From Verrucomicrobiota bacterium (GTDB lineage Bacteria; Verrucomicrobiota; Verrucomicrobiia; Limisphaerales; UBA9464), in NCBI GenBank assembly GCA_039796015.1, contig JBDKKQ010000293.1:1-47983 (forward strand): a DNA stretch of 47,983 nt. Reading direction: 5' to 3'. Below are positions 46,840 to 47,983 of the stretch, in pieces. The notes under the pieces were generated by a model, which saw only the letters and a program-made list of their open reading frames with translations, searched no databases and was not told the DNA's origin. Each line of letters begins with the position of its first letter. Position 1 is the stretch's first letter. The translations under genes were made by a program, and so were the position numbers.

Positions 46840-47982
46840 TTACGGCGAGCCCCTGAGCACCAGGTCGAGGGATTCCGGCGTACCGAAGAGGTCGAGGACT
46901 CGGCGAGATCGGGTGATGCCCGTGTAAAGAAGGTTGCGGCTGAGGAGCCGGGACTCGGCGTTGGACGGCAGTTCGAGGGCGACCGAATCCCATTCGCTTC
47001 CCTGGCTTTTGTGGATAGTGAGTCCGAAGGCCGGTTGATGCGCCGGCAGTCGGACCCGCGGGATCAGCCTCGGGATTCCATCGGCCCCCGGAAAAAGAAC
47101 CAGTGTGGCCGGACCACCGGAGATGGGGCCGAGGGCGATGCCGATATCGCCATTGCTCAGTCCGAGCGAACGCAGGTTGGCCAGAATCAATACCGGACAA
47201 CCATGGGGCAGTTCGCTGAGAGATCGGGCCCCCTTGCCCCAAAGCAGCGCGGTGCCGGCCTGGTTGGCGCGGTCCACCTGATGATTGGCGCTGCAGAGGA
47301 GTTGAAATCGCCCAAGAAGTCGCAAGGCCTCATTCCGAGCCTGTCCTTGGGACTGAGCCTCAGAACCTGAGTCCTGGCAGAGCTCGGTCCAAGTGCGGGC
47401 CAGCTCTCCCCACGATTTCCAGCGCTCTTGGCAAAAGATCCGGCGGGATCGGTCGGGTGACTCACGATGCCAAGTGAGAACAGGTTCGGTCGCCGAGGCA
47501 TGCCGATCGAAGCACTCCTCGATAGAGCTCCGCGACTGAGTGCCGCCGGGCCGAACGCACTCGGCGAGATCAAGAACCCAGGGCGCGTTCATTGCGCGCC
47601 AACTGTGTCGGAGCCCCACCACCAGTCCGGGCAGCGCCTCCCCGGGGCTTTCCGAGGGAAGGTGGGGCAACCCTTGATCGTACTCGGCTTGGACTTGTTC
47701 GTTCGAAATCCCGAGCCGGGCGGCCAGGCGAGTTTGCAGAGCCTCTGGAAGGAGGCGGTTCTGGCCCGCTCTTTGGACGAATTCAGAGAGGATACCACCC
47801 ACGTCGACGCTCTCCAGTTGGTCGCTGTCGCCCAGCAGTAGCAGCGATGCGTCCGGCGGTAAGGCTCGAATCAGCGCATGCATCAACGACAAATCGACCA
47901 TGCTGGCTTCATCAACCAGCATCACACGGACTTGGAGCGGTCGGAGCGCGTTCCGCCGGTAGGGGCCGCCACGTTCCGGAGG
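46840..47982 (-). CDS. recD: RecD-like helicase (exodeoxyribonuclease V alpha), 5' part outside window
   Basis: LVDEASMVD, LLGDSDQL, NGDIG, TIHKSQGSE, LLYTGITR; frame is open to the window edge. Confidence 0.88.
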   Translation of the reverse strand, partial: PPERGGPYRRNALRPLQVRVMLVDEASMVDLSLMHALIRALPPDASLLLLGDSDQLESVDVGGILSEFVQRAGQNRLLPEALQTRLAARLGISNEQVQAEYDQGLPHLPSESPGEALPGLVVGLRHSWRAMNAPWVLDLAECVRPGGTQSRSSIEECFDRHASATEPVLTWHRESPDRSRRIFCQERWKSWGELARTWTELCQDSGSEAQSQGQARNEALRLLGRFQLLCSANHQVDRANQAGTALLWGKGARSLSELPHGCPVLILANLRSLGLSNGDIGIALGPISGGPATLVLFPGADGIPRLIPRVRLPAHQPAFGLTIHKSQGSEWDSVALELPSNAESRLLSRNLLYTGITRSRRVLDLFGTPESLDLVLRGSP

Positions 47983-47983
47983 C

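Overview
GC-rich bacterial chromosome segment, most likely Verrucomicrobiota/PVC (inferred from gene repertoire, Tat-exported Gfo/Idh/MocA and TIM-barrel proteins, and scarcity of Shine-Dalgarno motifs). It holds about 40 mostly housekeeping genes (metG, serA, rsmB, phrB, phoD, tonB-exbB-exbD, kup, amidase, aminopeptidase, partial recD), SRP RNA, RNase P RNA, a c-di-AMP (ydaO) riboswitch, and two separated flagellar operons (fliW-csrA-fliC-fliC and flgF-G-A-H-I-J-N-K-L). Most interesting observations: (1) a Y1/HUH REP-associated-type transposase preceded by a ~118-bp structured element bracketed by 41-bp direct repeats, with a second copy of the element 20 kb away; (2) a c-di-AMP riboswitch followed by a 33-aa proline-rich leader ORF overlapping the kup start; (3) an apparently sigma54-driven flagellar regulon with a shared upstream motif, near-leaderless transcripts, no flgM at its usual position, and csrA overlapping the flagellin start; (4) an unexplained hairpin-containing 185-bp segment between 30-bp direct repeats. 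All calls were made by eye; no database searches were run.
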